From Marsupella aquatica (taxonomy: Eukaryota > Plantae > Marchantiophyta): a stretch of DNA of 64,000 nucleotides. Where the stretch lies: positions 18,960,508-19,024,507 of the forward strand of contig OZ316895.1 of assembly GCA_973895155.1 (NCBI GenBank), given 5' to 3'. Below are positions 1 to 12,900 of this stretch, in pieces (within the stretch, counting starts at the first letter, position 1; every line of letters starts with the position of its first letter). Position numbers and translations under genes: made by a program. The notes under the pieces were generated by a model. The model made no database searches and was not told where the DNA came from. It saw only the letters and a program-made list of their open reading frames with translations.

Positions 1-3000
1 ATGTACACGCTAGACGTGATCACAGCCTACCTGTATGGTATCCTAGATACCACAATATACATGAAGGCACCCCCGGAAATGATCAAAAGAATAAGGTTCC
101 ACATTGAGGGGGAGAAGAATGGTTGTCACGCGATTGACATGGGTCTTAACACCAAAAACGTCACTATGGGTGCCAAAACCATCTCCTTGTACCTGAGGAT
201 CACGAAGGGATGTTGTGAAGGCCGGTAAACACCAATTTATGCCCTTAACACTAGACTATCATAGCAAGACTCCGTCACACATCACCCAAGCTCAATCCCT
301 AAGAACCAAGGTTGGGAATCAGATCCTGTGCTCATGATAGTTCTGGTGAGAAGGGGTCTTCATATCGGACCCGTACACACAGGGCCTAGCGCTACGGTGC
401 GCATATGTCTATACGCATGCTTACTGTCATAGGTATATTTCTATTCCGCCGCCGAAATGTACCCATAAACCAGTGACTCCTGATTAATTCCCGACTTAGG
501 GACTTCGAAGCCATTGCCCCACCACTCTGCCATTCCACTCTCAACAATCAGAGCTGTGACAGCCCTCACCCAACCCACTTCAATGCACCCGATACACCTC
601 TCAGTGGCGCTGCTGGTCCCATCATACACTCAGATGGCCTCACACACATACACATCCATGAGAGAAATGAGGCTTGAGAGGAAAACTCAATTAGATTCAA
701 AGATGTGCACAATAGTTCACTGAGAACACTTGATCCGAACACTAGGCCCGAAGGCTGTCTCCTCCCGATTGCGACGTGCTTCCCCTGCAAGCCCCGTGCT
801 TGCCATGCAAGCTCAATCTGAACCTGAGCCCGGCTCACTCTAGATTGTGACGGCAGATTGGACTCGAACCAATCCCGTACTTGCCTTGCAAACTCAATCC
901 TGAACTCAACCTCCTTCACTGCACTTCATTCTTGGGGGCACATACAGATCTCACACCTCCAATTCAGAACGTCAAGTTACGCATGCACAGTTGACTCGAC
1001 TTCAAAGCTGGTACCAGGCCTAACGACGATCTATCCCAGACTGCAATGAGGCCCGGCCTCACGCTTGCCCTGCAAGCTCAGCTCAGCTCTGGCCATAAAT
1101 CCCTTAGTGCTCTCTACCAGACAAAGGCCGGGACTCCCCATGGATCACGTAGCCTTGCCAGACTAAACTATAAATGCTCCTCCTGCTGCCCCTCAATCAG
1201 TGTCTCAGCCTTCCTAATGTGCTCACCGCAAATCACATTGAAATCCTCCCCACAGTTTACAATCACCAACACACCACCTATCACCAAGGCTCTATATCGG
1301 GGGAAAAGAACCCAGTTGTGTTGCCTACTAGAAAGAGCCACAATCCAGCTTGCAAACCTGGCCAACTGTTGCTATGAAGCGTGGTTGATTACTCCCTGAG
1401 TAATAGCACAACCAAGCTCTTCCCAGCACACAGCTTCCAAGCCCAACCTCCCTTGCACAGAGCTCCTCCCTGCTGCTCAGTCTACGTGAGATCACACAAC
1501 TGAAGTCCCCCCCCTTGCCTCTACCGGGGGGCTGCTCTATATACTCTCATACTGAGCCCAAATGGGTGGATATTACGCTACTGGAGCCCCATCCCAGCCC
1601 TAACAGAGCCGCCACTATCTCTAACTACTGAACCCTAACTCGCAACTTTATTTCTATCTCGAATTGGCTATGTACTTCGGATTTGGCCCTCCTCCATGGT
1701 TTTTGCGAGCTTGCGCCTCCTCTCCCGATTTCTCTATTCAACCATTTACTGCGTGGATAGCAGCGTTGGAAGCTGCTTGAGCTCCTCTTTCCACCGAGGT
1801 CCATTATAGCTGATTTGGTCAAATACACAGAGAGTTATGCCCCCGCAACCGAGAGAGGGTGCTCACTGCTGCGCTAACCCGAGTTTGGCTAACCTAGCTA
1901 TTCTATCTAACCCGAGTAGAGCTAACCCGCGGTCTCGGGTTAGGCCGCTACCCACTATCCGCTGACCTAGGCTAACCTGAGCCCGAACCCGAGCTTATCT
2001 ATGCTTAACCTGAGCCCGAGTTTAGGCTAACCGAGTTCAGTCTAACCCGGGATCAATCTAATCCGAACGCGGGTTAAGCCTAAGCTGAAGTTATGTTGAC
2101 CTGAGCTAAGCTGAAGTCGTGCTTACCTGAGCTAAGCTGAAGCCGTGCTCACCTAAGGTAAGCTGTGGCCGAGCTTAGGTTAACCCGAAGCCGAATCCGC
2201 TAATTCCGGCCACAAGTTAACCCGTCACATTAATCAGGCCGTATCTTTCTTAATACACCTCCGTTTCTCAAGTGTTTTATATCGATTTTACTCGCCTTGA
2301 TCAGATCTTTCCAATGCTCTTTACAGATCCAGATTTGGTGACGTATTGAACGAGATATGGTCACCGACCACCCGCGACATGGCCATTTATTTCCCTAACA
2401 TTCTAAGACTAGACTATGAACCACTAACATAACTAACAAAATGAAGCTACACACCCAAGACATTTAGATTTCATCCTGAGCACAATCACCATACCCCACA
2501 ATTTCATATTCAGCTATGGAGACTCGCTTCCTTGAATTACCACGCCTACCTCCGTACAGGCATCTTGAAGAGCCTCCATGCTCCATCTTGCTTGTCAAGA
2601 AGATGGTATGCTTGAAGAGCTGAATCCTCTCTTCCCCAATTTCTCCTTTGTGGCCTTGACAGTGACTACCTCAACTGTGTCTGCCTTGGTTGTGCAGTCT
2701 TCAAGCTGAAATACCTTTATCCCTACTCTTAACGTCATGATTGCCCTTATTCTTGCCAGCTTGCTAATTGTTATGCAATATCAATAGCTACTCCTTGCAT
2801 ACAGCAACCTACTTAATCAGATTACAAAATAAGGACCATGTCATTGGCGTCACAATGGTACCACAGACCGCGGTCTACAACCGGGCCTAACCCAAACCGG
2901 CCCTACAGGCGATTTTGACAAAATGACGAGCGAGCTCGGACCTGCAGTATCGACACCAAAGGATGTGCTTCACACATCCGACCTCACAAAATGAACGCTC

Positions 3001-4221
3001 CGCCGACCGAACACCGCTGCTACACAGCCGAAACAAGTCAAAAGAGAACTCGCAGTCCAAGTCCTACGCTCAATGTATGGATTAAAACAGAGCGGACGCA
3101 CCTGGTACAAACGATTCAAAGCTTAAATGCTCGCACTGAACTTCAATACTGACGACATTGCCCCTTGTTTGTTCCTCAAACAGGAGGCAGATGAATTCGT
3201 CATCATCGCAATTTACGTAGATGACATAAACATCTTTGGCACAACAACGATAATGCAAAAGACAATCGAAATCCTGAAGAAGACATTCAAGATGAGGGAC
3301 ATCGGGAAGCCTAGCTATTGCCTGGGATTATAATTCAACTACTTGCAGCAGGGAATCCTGATCAACCAATCAACTTATACCAAAAAGGCGCTACGGAAAT
3401 TCAACATGGCATCCGCCCACCCGGTCAGCACCCCCATGGACCTGAGATCCTCAGACCCCACAAGGGACACCTTTAAAAAACGGGCAGAGACAGAGGAGGT
3501 TCTTGGCCCCAAGAAGCCATACCTCTCAGCCATCGGGGCCCTGATGTACCTGGCGACACAGTCACGCCCCGACATTGCTTTTGCCGTCAATCTACTCGCT
3601 CGCCATAGCTCCAACCCCACAATCCGACATTGGAACGGAGTAAAAAGGGTATTCCGATACCTGCGCGGCACAACGGACATGGGGCTATTCTTCCCCAAGA
3701 ACTCTGAAAACATGCTGACCGGCTACGCGGACGTGGGCTACCTCTCAGACCCTGACGATGCGAAATCCCAAACAGGATACGTCTTCCTACAAGGTGGCAC
3801 GGCGATCTCTTGGAAAAGCAGCAAACAATCACTCACAACGACCTCCTCAAATCATGCCGAGATAATAGCACTTTACAAAGCCACCAGGGAAAGCATCTGG
3901 CTGAGAAACCTGATAAACCACATAGACCTGCACACAGGCAGAGCGCAGCTAAAGAAACCAACAACTATATACGAAGACAACCGACCCTGCGTGGAGCAGA
4001 TAGTCCAGGGATTCATTAAAGGGGATAGAATCAAACACATAGCACCCAAATTCTTTTTCACTCACGAACAGCATGGCGAACAGGTCCAAGTACAATGGAT
4101 TCCAAGTAAAGACAACCGCGCGGACTTGTTCACTAAACCACTCCCACCAGCACTACACCGCGAACATGCATACGGGATAGGACTGCGAAGTATGGCATCA
4201 CTTTTACAAGGAAAAGAATGA
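1..4221 (+). pseudogene. pol: Ty1/copia pol (RT-RNase H), Bianca-like lineage, interrupted by a solo LTR
   Basis: Motifs DVITAYLYG, SMYGLKQSGRTWY, IYVDDI, GYADVGYLSDP, SSNHAE, YEDN, GFIKGDRIKHIAPKFF, ADLFTK. The frame is continuous across the removed 124-2859 insertion; several in-frame stops. Confidence 0.93.
124..2854 (-). mobile_element. Solo LTR (2.7 kb), TGTGACGCC...CGTGACA family
   Basis: TG...CA ends; 5-bp TSD ATGGT at 119-123 and 2855-2859; reverse-complement match to the LTR at 18853-21232. Confidence 0.93.
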
Positions 4222-4790
4222 CGCAGGCCATCAAGGAACTTACCCAAACTGCACACCCATTACTGCCGATCAAACTGATACAACGGGAGCTCCAACATCA
4301 CATGCTACCCCCAATCCGCCACCCCGAACCATCGAGAATCACGCAAAACCGATGAGACTTGACCAATCCCAACACACAAACAACGACCTCCTGACATGGC
4401 CGCACCGACTACTGAACAAACGAAGATTCAAATGATGTCAGCAGCCCACCAAAGCAACAGACCAACAACTGGAGGCATCCAACCCGTGGCCCGCAGGATT
4501 AGAGTAGGAGCGTAAATAGCTCCTTAAACATAAACACAGACCACGAGTCTTTAGACACATTAACGGACACATACATAGAGATTACACCCTTTAATTCCCC
4601 TTATGCACCCTTTTTGCACACTATAAGGACTTACATTCAATAACTAGACCCAAACCTATGTTATAGTAGTGGCACTCTTTCCATGATGGAAGCATGGTTT
4701 TAATGAGACCATACTACATTGGGCCAGACTATAGACCATAGGGTTAGCTTTCCCCATCATATGGTTGGCTGTAACACACTCATCACCCAA

Positions 4791-4976
4791 CCAAGGGGGA
4801 GTGTTATAAGTGATAAACCTAACCCCGGTAAACTAGACTTACCCTAGTGAATAGGGACAAGAGGTGGTTACATAACCACCACGCCATGTACTATATAGGG
4901 AGCCCCCATACTCCCAAATAGAATAGAAGGTAGTGAGTTTGTTGGCGCATGAGATCTATGTCCCTGAATAATTACA
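4791..4976 (+). repeat. Polypurine tract and short 3' LTR of the Bianca-like copia
   Basis: CCAAGGGGGAG directly before TGTTATAAG at 4802; TATA-like CTATATAGGG; probable end ATTACA at 4976 (no second LTR in the window to confirm). Confidence 0.65.
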
Positions 4977-6349
4977 AATAAAATGTATTTTTGAATGTAA
5001 CAAAAAATGTTTTGTGGATAGAATGCATGGTCTTTCAAAACAAGAAAACTTGTGAATGGTGTGAATTACTTAAGAACGAGTTCAAATAAACATAAATGAT
5101 GTTTTAAAAATAAATTAAAAAAAGGAGAGTTTAAATTTTAAATGAGGTACTTGTCTTTTGGACAAAACTAAAACTTTCTAGTTAAATTATCTGTTATTTA
5201 AGAAAGACACCTTAACAAGAGACTTTTTAAGAAGCAAATAAGTGGGTAGGATAAAAAACATTATCATGGAAGAAAAATTAATGCTAAGTAGAGCCTTTTA
5301 ATGAGATTTGAGACGATATTAAGGGAATGGATTATATGAGTTGATGTTAGATGTAATCTAAGTCCCTAAGATTTAAAAAGGCCATCTTTTCACCGCTTAA
5401 AATGGTTCCTCAGACACCAGGACCAGAATGGCCCGACTCTAGCAACCAACTTGCGGTTCTCACTCAACTGATATTCTAGGGGCCAACTAAGTGCACTTGG
5501 AACTCAACCTCCATGTCTACTTGGCCTTGCCTCCCCAATGCAAGCTCCTAAGGAAACTAAACGGGCGAGGCTTAGCTACTATTTCGGTAGGATTTGGCAA
5601 GCAGGCAAAATAGTTTCTGCAAACCCCAAGAATCCATGGCACCCCAAGACCCAAATGATCTCAGGAGGATGTATTAATCCTCCAGAATTTTCCAACACAC
5701 CCAATAAGTCCTCCAACAGACTTCCCGTTGAGAAATAATCGTCATTATGTTGATCGTCTCCCCTTGGTGTCGTGGTGGCTCACGACTTGGGCTCGCCCTT
5801 GGCCCCTAGGGAGACACCACTCCCCTCATATATGCTTCTTGAGACCTGCCACCCTTATACCTACTTTGGTCCCCAAATTTTAGCCGCCTACCTGGACCCC
5901 AGCTAACCAGGAAGCATGGGCACGCAACTAACTTGCTATGCCCATAACTTTCTTGCCTTAGCCCGTTGTGATTGGGCTGACCCATTGTTCATGCCTAGGC
6001 CCTTAGAACCCATTGTCACTTGGGTGTCCCGGGCGGTCGCACTTAGGTCGCGCCATATCTCATGCGCCAAGCATCCGTTGCGCATGAAGTAAACTTTGTT
6101 AGTCTTGGGCCCAAGAGGAGCTCTCACTCAAGCCTTAAAAACTCAAAGTCCATTTGGGGGTCCGGATGGTCCACCTTGAGCCCAACCTCTTTCTATGACC
6201 CAACCGACTCCAAGCTAGTCTAAGTCCTTAGTGTGCATCACCAGCTTAGTGCCTTGCCTTTGCTAGTGCAACGCCTCATTGCCCACTAGTCTCCCCATAC
6301 TTAGTTCTCACTAGATGACCGTTCTGGGTTTGGACCATAGAGGAGCTCG

Positions 6350-6788
6350 GCGTCAAAGTCAGCAACACCAGAGCTAAGTGTTAAGGTAGTCAAGTTCCGC
6401 GACTGCCATCAACAAAGAATGGCTTCTTCTGGAACACTTGCACCAACCCACACATAGGAGAGATTGTTGACTCCTTGCGGGTGACCTTGCACTGAAATTT
6501 GGCAAGGCCAAAGATAGGTAAGGCACAAGTTTACGTTGCCAAAAGGCCAAACCCAAGTCGGGACTACAATGGGTACCTCCTCACCCAATTGAAGAAGATC
6601 CTGAAGGAGGAACAGCAGGTCATGGGCCAAGAGAGTGTTTCCCGACTTGTTGTACATAGTTGTGCTGGTATGCTCGGAGTAAAATTTTTGCACCCATATA
6701 TAATACCCTTATAGGCCAGAGCACCTAAAGAACGGTCAAAACAGACACCAACAGCAAAGGACCTCGAGCCGGTCGATAGTCCTACTAT
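6350..6788 (+). pseudogene. Degraded accessory ORF, 5' piece (homolog of the 50910-54529 ORF)
   Basis: IGKAQVYVAKRPNPSRDYNGYLLTQLKKILKEEQQV is nearly identical to a peptide of the 51755 ORF; continues at 28652. Confidence 0.8.
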
Positions 6789-7689
6789 CATGGAGGGTAA
6801 CTCACAACCCAAGTGTCACACCAAAAGAGTCGCCCTTACGCGGATTTTGGCTTAGGCGGCCATAAGCTTTGTAAATATTGAGGTTTTGGGCACGGAGGGA
6901 CGTGCAAACAGTACTTATTCCCATAATTGGATGCTAACCACATCCAATTCTAATTCTACACACATCACAGGTATGTTTTGTGTTCCGCCACCGAAACGTA
7001 CCTTAAGTCGATGACTAGATCAACCCCGGCTTAAGGACTTCTAAGCCTATGCATTATGAGCCTCCAATCCAGATCCGATGATAAGGGTATCTAACCTTGG
7101 CTCGCAACCACTGTCCGCAGCTGTCACCCCGTGTGCAGCTCGTACAATGCGTTCGGCCAAGCGTTCTATACCCGTATATGAGATTTATGACCATAATAGA
7201 TTCCACAACATACAATCTTGGTTTACATGAAGGAAATGATGGGGGAAAGACTTTTAATTAGAAATCCATCATACACAATTGACTCGACTTCTGCAGGAAT
7301 AAACAAGCCCAACGGCAGGAAGGTGTACACTACAACGGAGCCCGGCTCCGCACTCGCCCAACGAGCTTAGTCATACCCTCCCTCCGTGGTACTCTTTCAT
7401 TCACTAAGGTTGGGACTCCTTGCACATCCGGGGATACCCGATTCTAAACCTAAAGTCCCCCCCCCGCTACCTCTACCGGGGTGCACTAAATACTAACTAA
7501 GAGCCGTGGCTTGGAACAGTCACGAGCTCAAATCTAGTCTATTCTAATTTCAGCTAAATGCCAGGCCGTAAAATGGCTTGTTTCTATCCTAAGATTCTAT
7601 ACTAAAAGAGGGTTGACAATGCCGCTAACTAGTTTCGGCGTTTGTCTGCAGTGTCCAATTTCCTTGGCTAAACCTACGCTCTTCTAAAC

Positions 7690-9456
7690 TTGTCGCGCCG
7701 CTAATGTCTCTTCATGTTTGCCAGACCTGCCCGAGTGGGACTTGGAGCAGCCGTCCCGTTGCCTCCTCAGCCAGTCGGCGTCCTGCTAGAGGATCTGGAC
7801 TTGGTCCAGGAGAGACTTGTTCTCTTGTTTCACCGCGTCCATCTCCTTCGTGGCCTCTTGACATGCCTCTTCCAACTGTTGGCCGTCACTCATCAGCTGT
7901 GCCACCTGTTGGTCCTGTTTAGCAGCTTTGTGTAGAAGCCGTGCCACTTTTGCTTTCAAGGCGTCCACCTTGGCTGTATCCCTTTGGGCCCGAGCGTCGG
8001 CCTCCTCTATGTCCTTTTGCTAGATTACGGCTTGTCCTTTCAAGCCATCAATCTGGGCCCGGAGCCGTGAGATTTTGGCATCCTTTTTGGCCTAGCTTGT
8101 ATGGCCAAGGCTAACTTGGCTTTGGCGTCGGTGACCTGAGCCAAAGCAATTGTAAGTTGAGGCCAGAGAAGTTGCAGCTTGGTCTCTTGAGTTGAGGCTT
8201 CATCTAATAGTTGGGTTGCCTCCGCCCGATATCGCTCAATCTTAGTTGTGGCTTCCACTAAAGCCTGCCCTACTTTTACTGGCGCCACCAGCTCTTGGCT
8301 GAAGAAGTAAGCCACCTTGCGGACCATGAACTCCTCCATTTCTCGACTAATTTGTTGGAAGAAGTTGCCCAACAACCCATTCAAATACGTGCCCGGTGCA
8401 AAGAGTTCCAGGTTCACCAGGCTGTGCCCAGTCGGGTTAGGGCAGGGATAGACCTCTACTCGAGCAGAGGCCGAGGTTGTTACGTCCAGCCCCAGGGTAG
8501 TAAGGGTAGAGGGGGAGGGGCATCTAGTAAGGGGATCCACGTGCACAGACACAGAGGGTACCACGGCTTCCTCCAGAATTACGGCCTTGGGTTTGGGGCC
8601 AGCTTCAACCCGATCGGCTGTGACTGCATGGGCCTGGTTTTGGGCATCAGGGTTGCAATAATCACCAAGTCTGGCATAGAAGAAGGTGCCTCAATAGCTA
8701 TTTGTGGGGCCGGGGTGGACACCACTGGTGCTGGATTGCGGCTCTTGGGTTGTGGCCGCCTCTTCTGAGGTGAGAAGACCCACCTGGCCGGGGTGAGTTT
8801 GGGCTCGTTGCATCTTGGGAGGGTTTGTTGGCTGAAATTGGCGTACCACTCGATGATGATCTTGATATGGCTGGCAAGGTACGCGTCCCCCCCAAGGTAC
8901 AAGGTCTTCCTTTATCGTTCCATCTCCTCGTGGAACTTCTTGACAAAGAAAGAGGCCCACTTCCTAAGCCGGTAGTTCTTGACCTGGATCACTTGGGCGG
9001 CGGATATCTCACCCCGCGGCTTTATCATGTGGAGGGCATACCTTTGAAAATCCAGCCGCTCTGCAACCTTCGGGATGAGGCATGTCCTCATTAGGAAGCC
9101 GTTGTCCACCAAACCCTTGGCCGGGAAGCTGGATGTTTGGCACTTCGCTCCTTTACCCCTTGGGGCTCGTGATTCCACCCGGTTTGGTCCCTTGGGTAGG
9201 CTGAAGATGAGCTTTAATTAGTTGCTCTTTGTTCAGGGACATTACCCGTCCGTTGAACCGTACACCTGGGTCATGGTATGTCTTGACTGGGCGAGTGCCT
9301 GGGCTTCAGCAAAAATCTTGTTGAAGTGGTGCCGTTGTAGGTTGATGGTACCTGGAATTTGGAAGACCTCATCGGGGAGGCACAGGATGGCTTCCCCAAA
9401 GCCGATGTACTTATCTTCGTCAAAGAAGAGCTCAAAGATCTCTTTGTCCTTATAGT
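7690..9456 (-). pseudogene. Accessory ORF (plant-transposon-protein-like domain plus coiled coil) inside the LTR-like unit; 5' part at 24863-~25300
   Basis: FPAKGLVDNGFLMRTC...PRGEISAAQV aligns with FPGPSTKNGFFQNTC...PRAEIGKAQV of the 51755 ORF. The frame DFRLNFESKYYK|DKEIFELF is continuous across the MULE insertion site. Confidence 0.7.
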
Positions 9457-9956
9457 GAGGCTTTTCACGGTGACAGCAAACAGCAAACAGTAAAGCTCAT
9501 AGCAGTAAATGTCTGCACCAAAAAAATCTTCCCTAATCCGACATCTCTCGTAAAATGAGATCAAAACCTCTAAAATCCATCATTTAAAAACACATCGTAA
9601 TACTAGCGCCCAGCGCTACAGTCCTGAAACAGTCCAAAATACCCGAAACCTCATTCGAAACATCTATTTGCAAAAGTATCCCCAAAAACATATGTATACT
9701 AGCGCCCGACGCTAGTATACAAACCTCAATAATAGACTTAAAAACAGAGATCAACTTTAGGGTAAACACCCAATTGTAATACATCCCAAGTTAAGATTGT
9801 CCGCTTCATAGAGGAAAGTTTAGTCAAAAAACAATGTGGACAGTCCGTCTCACTTTATAAACACCCATCAATATTACATGTGTTCACAATAGCGCCAAGC
9901 GCTATTTTGTAAAATAGCCAATATCTATATCCCCAAAATATAGTTTTAAAGTCTGG

Positions 9957-12900
9957 CTAGCCATCAGATTCTGAATCAGTCGAATCTAGTTTTGATTCTT
10001 CTTCACTACTTTGTGATCTATCAGTAGACTCAGCTTCGTCGTCTACATACTTGCTCGGGACGATGTCATCGACATAGCGATTCTTCATAAAATTTCTATC
10101 AAAGCCCCTTTTGAGCCTCAGGCCTTTGCTTTCCCAAGTCAGCATTCTCACAGAATCTGCTTTTCGAACCGCCTTTTCTACATAAGAAGGCAAGACAAAC
10201 GGCTTCTCCGGGGTTTCTATTGCATTCCTAGCGACTTTCCTTCGTAGTTGAAAGCGCTTCCGAAGATTCCACTCAGACCTGGAAAGTTGAATCCGATATC
10301 TTTAGTCGGGTCCGGGAAAATGGTGGAATGTTGGAGACACTAACGTCACACTTAAAAAGAAAAAAAAGATAGGGAAGCTGAAGATCATTACTCAGAAGAC
10401 TCTTCACTATCCTCAGATTCAAAAGACCCAAGGTTCACCACTTTCTTGGAGGCCCCATCATCTTTGGAATGTTGCGTACCATCGCCTCCATCATTGTCCT
10501 CGTCAGAATCAAAATTAAGAACAGCACGGAGTCTGTCCTGCTTCTTACTCCCCACCTGCCGGTGCGGAGGTGTGGACGTGGAGGCCTCTTTATTCTCGAG
10601 AAGTCCAAAGAAAACTTTTGTGGCAGTGTCGAGAAACTCTTTACGATTTTCAATCCCGACTACAAACCTCCCACAATGATCTCCAGCAACAAATGTACTT
10701 CCGGCCCCAATAGTCCAATCTATGACAATATCCCCAGGGAGGGTAATTAATTCTAAAACGGACTGCATGAAACCCACAAGCAACCTTGAATTCCCGGCGA
10801 ACGCAAGCTCCAGCAGAGGATCATTTTTTGGCACGGGAAAACCAATGAGATTGGTTATTGAAGGATCCTCTGTATGTGAAAGAGGCCAAAATTTGGGATC
10901 CTTAGGGACCCTACCTTTGGACGAAACACGCCCAAAAACATTGAGAGTGAGCGTAAAAACCTGCACATCGAATAACGTTTTGTTCATAATAAACATCAGA
11001 TGCTACGTCGAGAATACGGAAATATTTCACGAAGAGGATATTCCACACTAGCGCCTGGCGCTAGCGTCGCCGTCAATCTCCAAAGGAGGACACCAAACAG
11101 AAACTTTGGAATAGCGCCAGGCGCTACTATACATACCTGCATATCCGAGCAAGGCCTGTACATTGGAGTGCCCATGACAACATTGTGTGTCGAGATACAC
11201 TGGAATTTCTGTGAATCTTGACAAGCTGCAATGACCTCGGAAACTTGGTCATAGTCGCCTCTATGCAAAATCGCTAGCAATCCATCATCTGCTAGGAAAG
11301 GATCCATTGTTCTGAAAAAGGCACTTGGAATCGTATAATCTTGAAGGTTCCATTTAGGAACCTTCCTATCCACAAGTGTTGGTTTCAACCCAGTTGGAAG
11401 ATATATGAAACCAGCATCAACTCCAAAAGCTCTTTCTTTTCCCCCTCGGACAACCCCTTTTGCTCGATCCCTAGACTTCACCAGCTCTTTCCCCCAACCT
11501 TCAATATTAGAAACCCAGTCCGGCTTTTCTCCCTTGTTAAACAGGGAATCAAAACATTCTGTAACACTCGACTCCACAAAACAATGTCAAGTACGCTTTT
11601 GTTTGAAATTCCCCACATCTCTTTGCAATCCAGTAGGCGCAACTGAATCTCGGGACAAAGATCCGAGCCTATCCTCAAGTGTTCCTCTCTTTTTCTTCTT
11701 CTTCATACTTGTTGCGTCCACTGGAACCACTGCCTTTCCACTCTCCCTAGGGGTTCCCTGATCTGGTGTATTTTCCGCACCAGTGTTAGCTTCAGAGGCC
11801 TGAGGAGTAGCGTCCTCTTTTACATCACCAGTAGCATCCGACTTCCTTCCCCCTGAAAGACGGAGAGACGATACTCAATGGAACTAGTTCTCATAATAGC
11901 GCTCGATGCTAGTATCAATTGGGGGAAAATACGTCATACAAACAAGAGCGGGAATACTTTACTGAATCCTAAGAGGCAAACTTACGTTTTTTAAGCGATC
12001 GAGTTGATTCACTGGGAGCTGCAGATTCATTCTTGGCCTTCACTCTTGGCTTTCGGCTCCGGTCAACATGCACGACGACTGTCTCGCATTTCTTTTGCAG
12101 TTCAGTTGTCAAAGCGTCCACTTCAATCGCAAGACCCTGCTTCATCTCCGATATGTACCTTGCTGGGATTTGCGACTTCTGTAACTTCATGAAAGCGTCT
12201 TTCTCCACCTCGTCGAAAGGCAGATCCCATTTGTCAGTGTCAAGATACCATGGGCAGTGGAGTCTCTCCCACTCTGACAAGGCGCAAGGTGGGAACTTTC
12301 CCTCAGCTGGGTACATCGAATACAGATCAACAAGGTGGTCACCATCTTTGATAATCACCCACTTTTGAAATGCACCAGGGTAAGCCCACAAAACCTCAGG
12401 AGATCGCAACTCCATCCACATGTAGAAACGGTAAACGTATCGCTTGGCTCGTTTCCGGTTCCGCTCAGTGTAGTCCTCCTTGTCTGCATACTTTGATGGC
12501 CACATTATGTTGAAAAATTTAGCCTTGACAAGGTCTCCAAATGATTTGAATTCTTTGATAATGGACTTCATGAGAACATCCAGGGACTCACAACCAGACT
12601 TGACAAGACGATCATCTGGCATGCGATCCAAAACCTGCTCGAGCGAGGTGAGGATCAATCCAGTAGCAATTTCCTCCACTAAATTCCAGATATGCCAGGT
12701 ATGGCACCATTGTTTTACAGGATCGTCGTTCACACTAGCTGGATGAAAGAACTGTTTCCAAATCTCCGGAGTGCAATGGGCAACGAGAAGGGTACACCTT
12801 AACTTTGGATCCAGATAAGTAACTACAGTAAACAGATGAGCACGGTCCATAGTGCAAATAACTGTATCGGGCTTTTTTTCTCTTTTGTTCTTCTCTGTGA

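Noticed and set aside
441-1828. Short ORFs inside the LTRs (repeated at 17564-20916)
   Set aside because: They recur only because the LTR is repeated; no domain motifs
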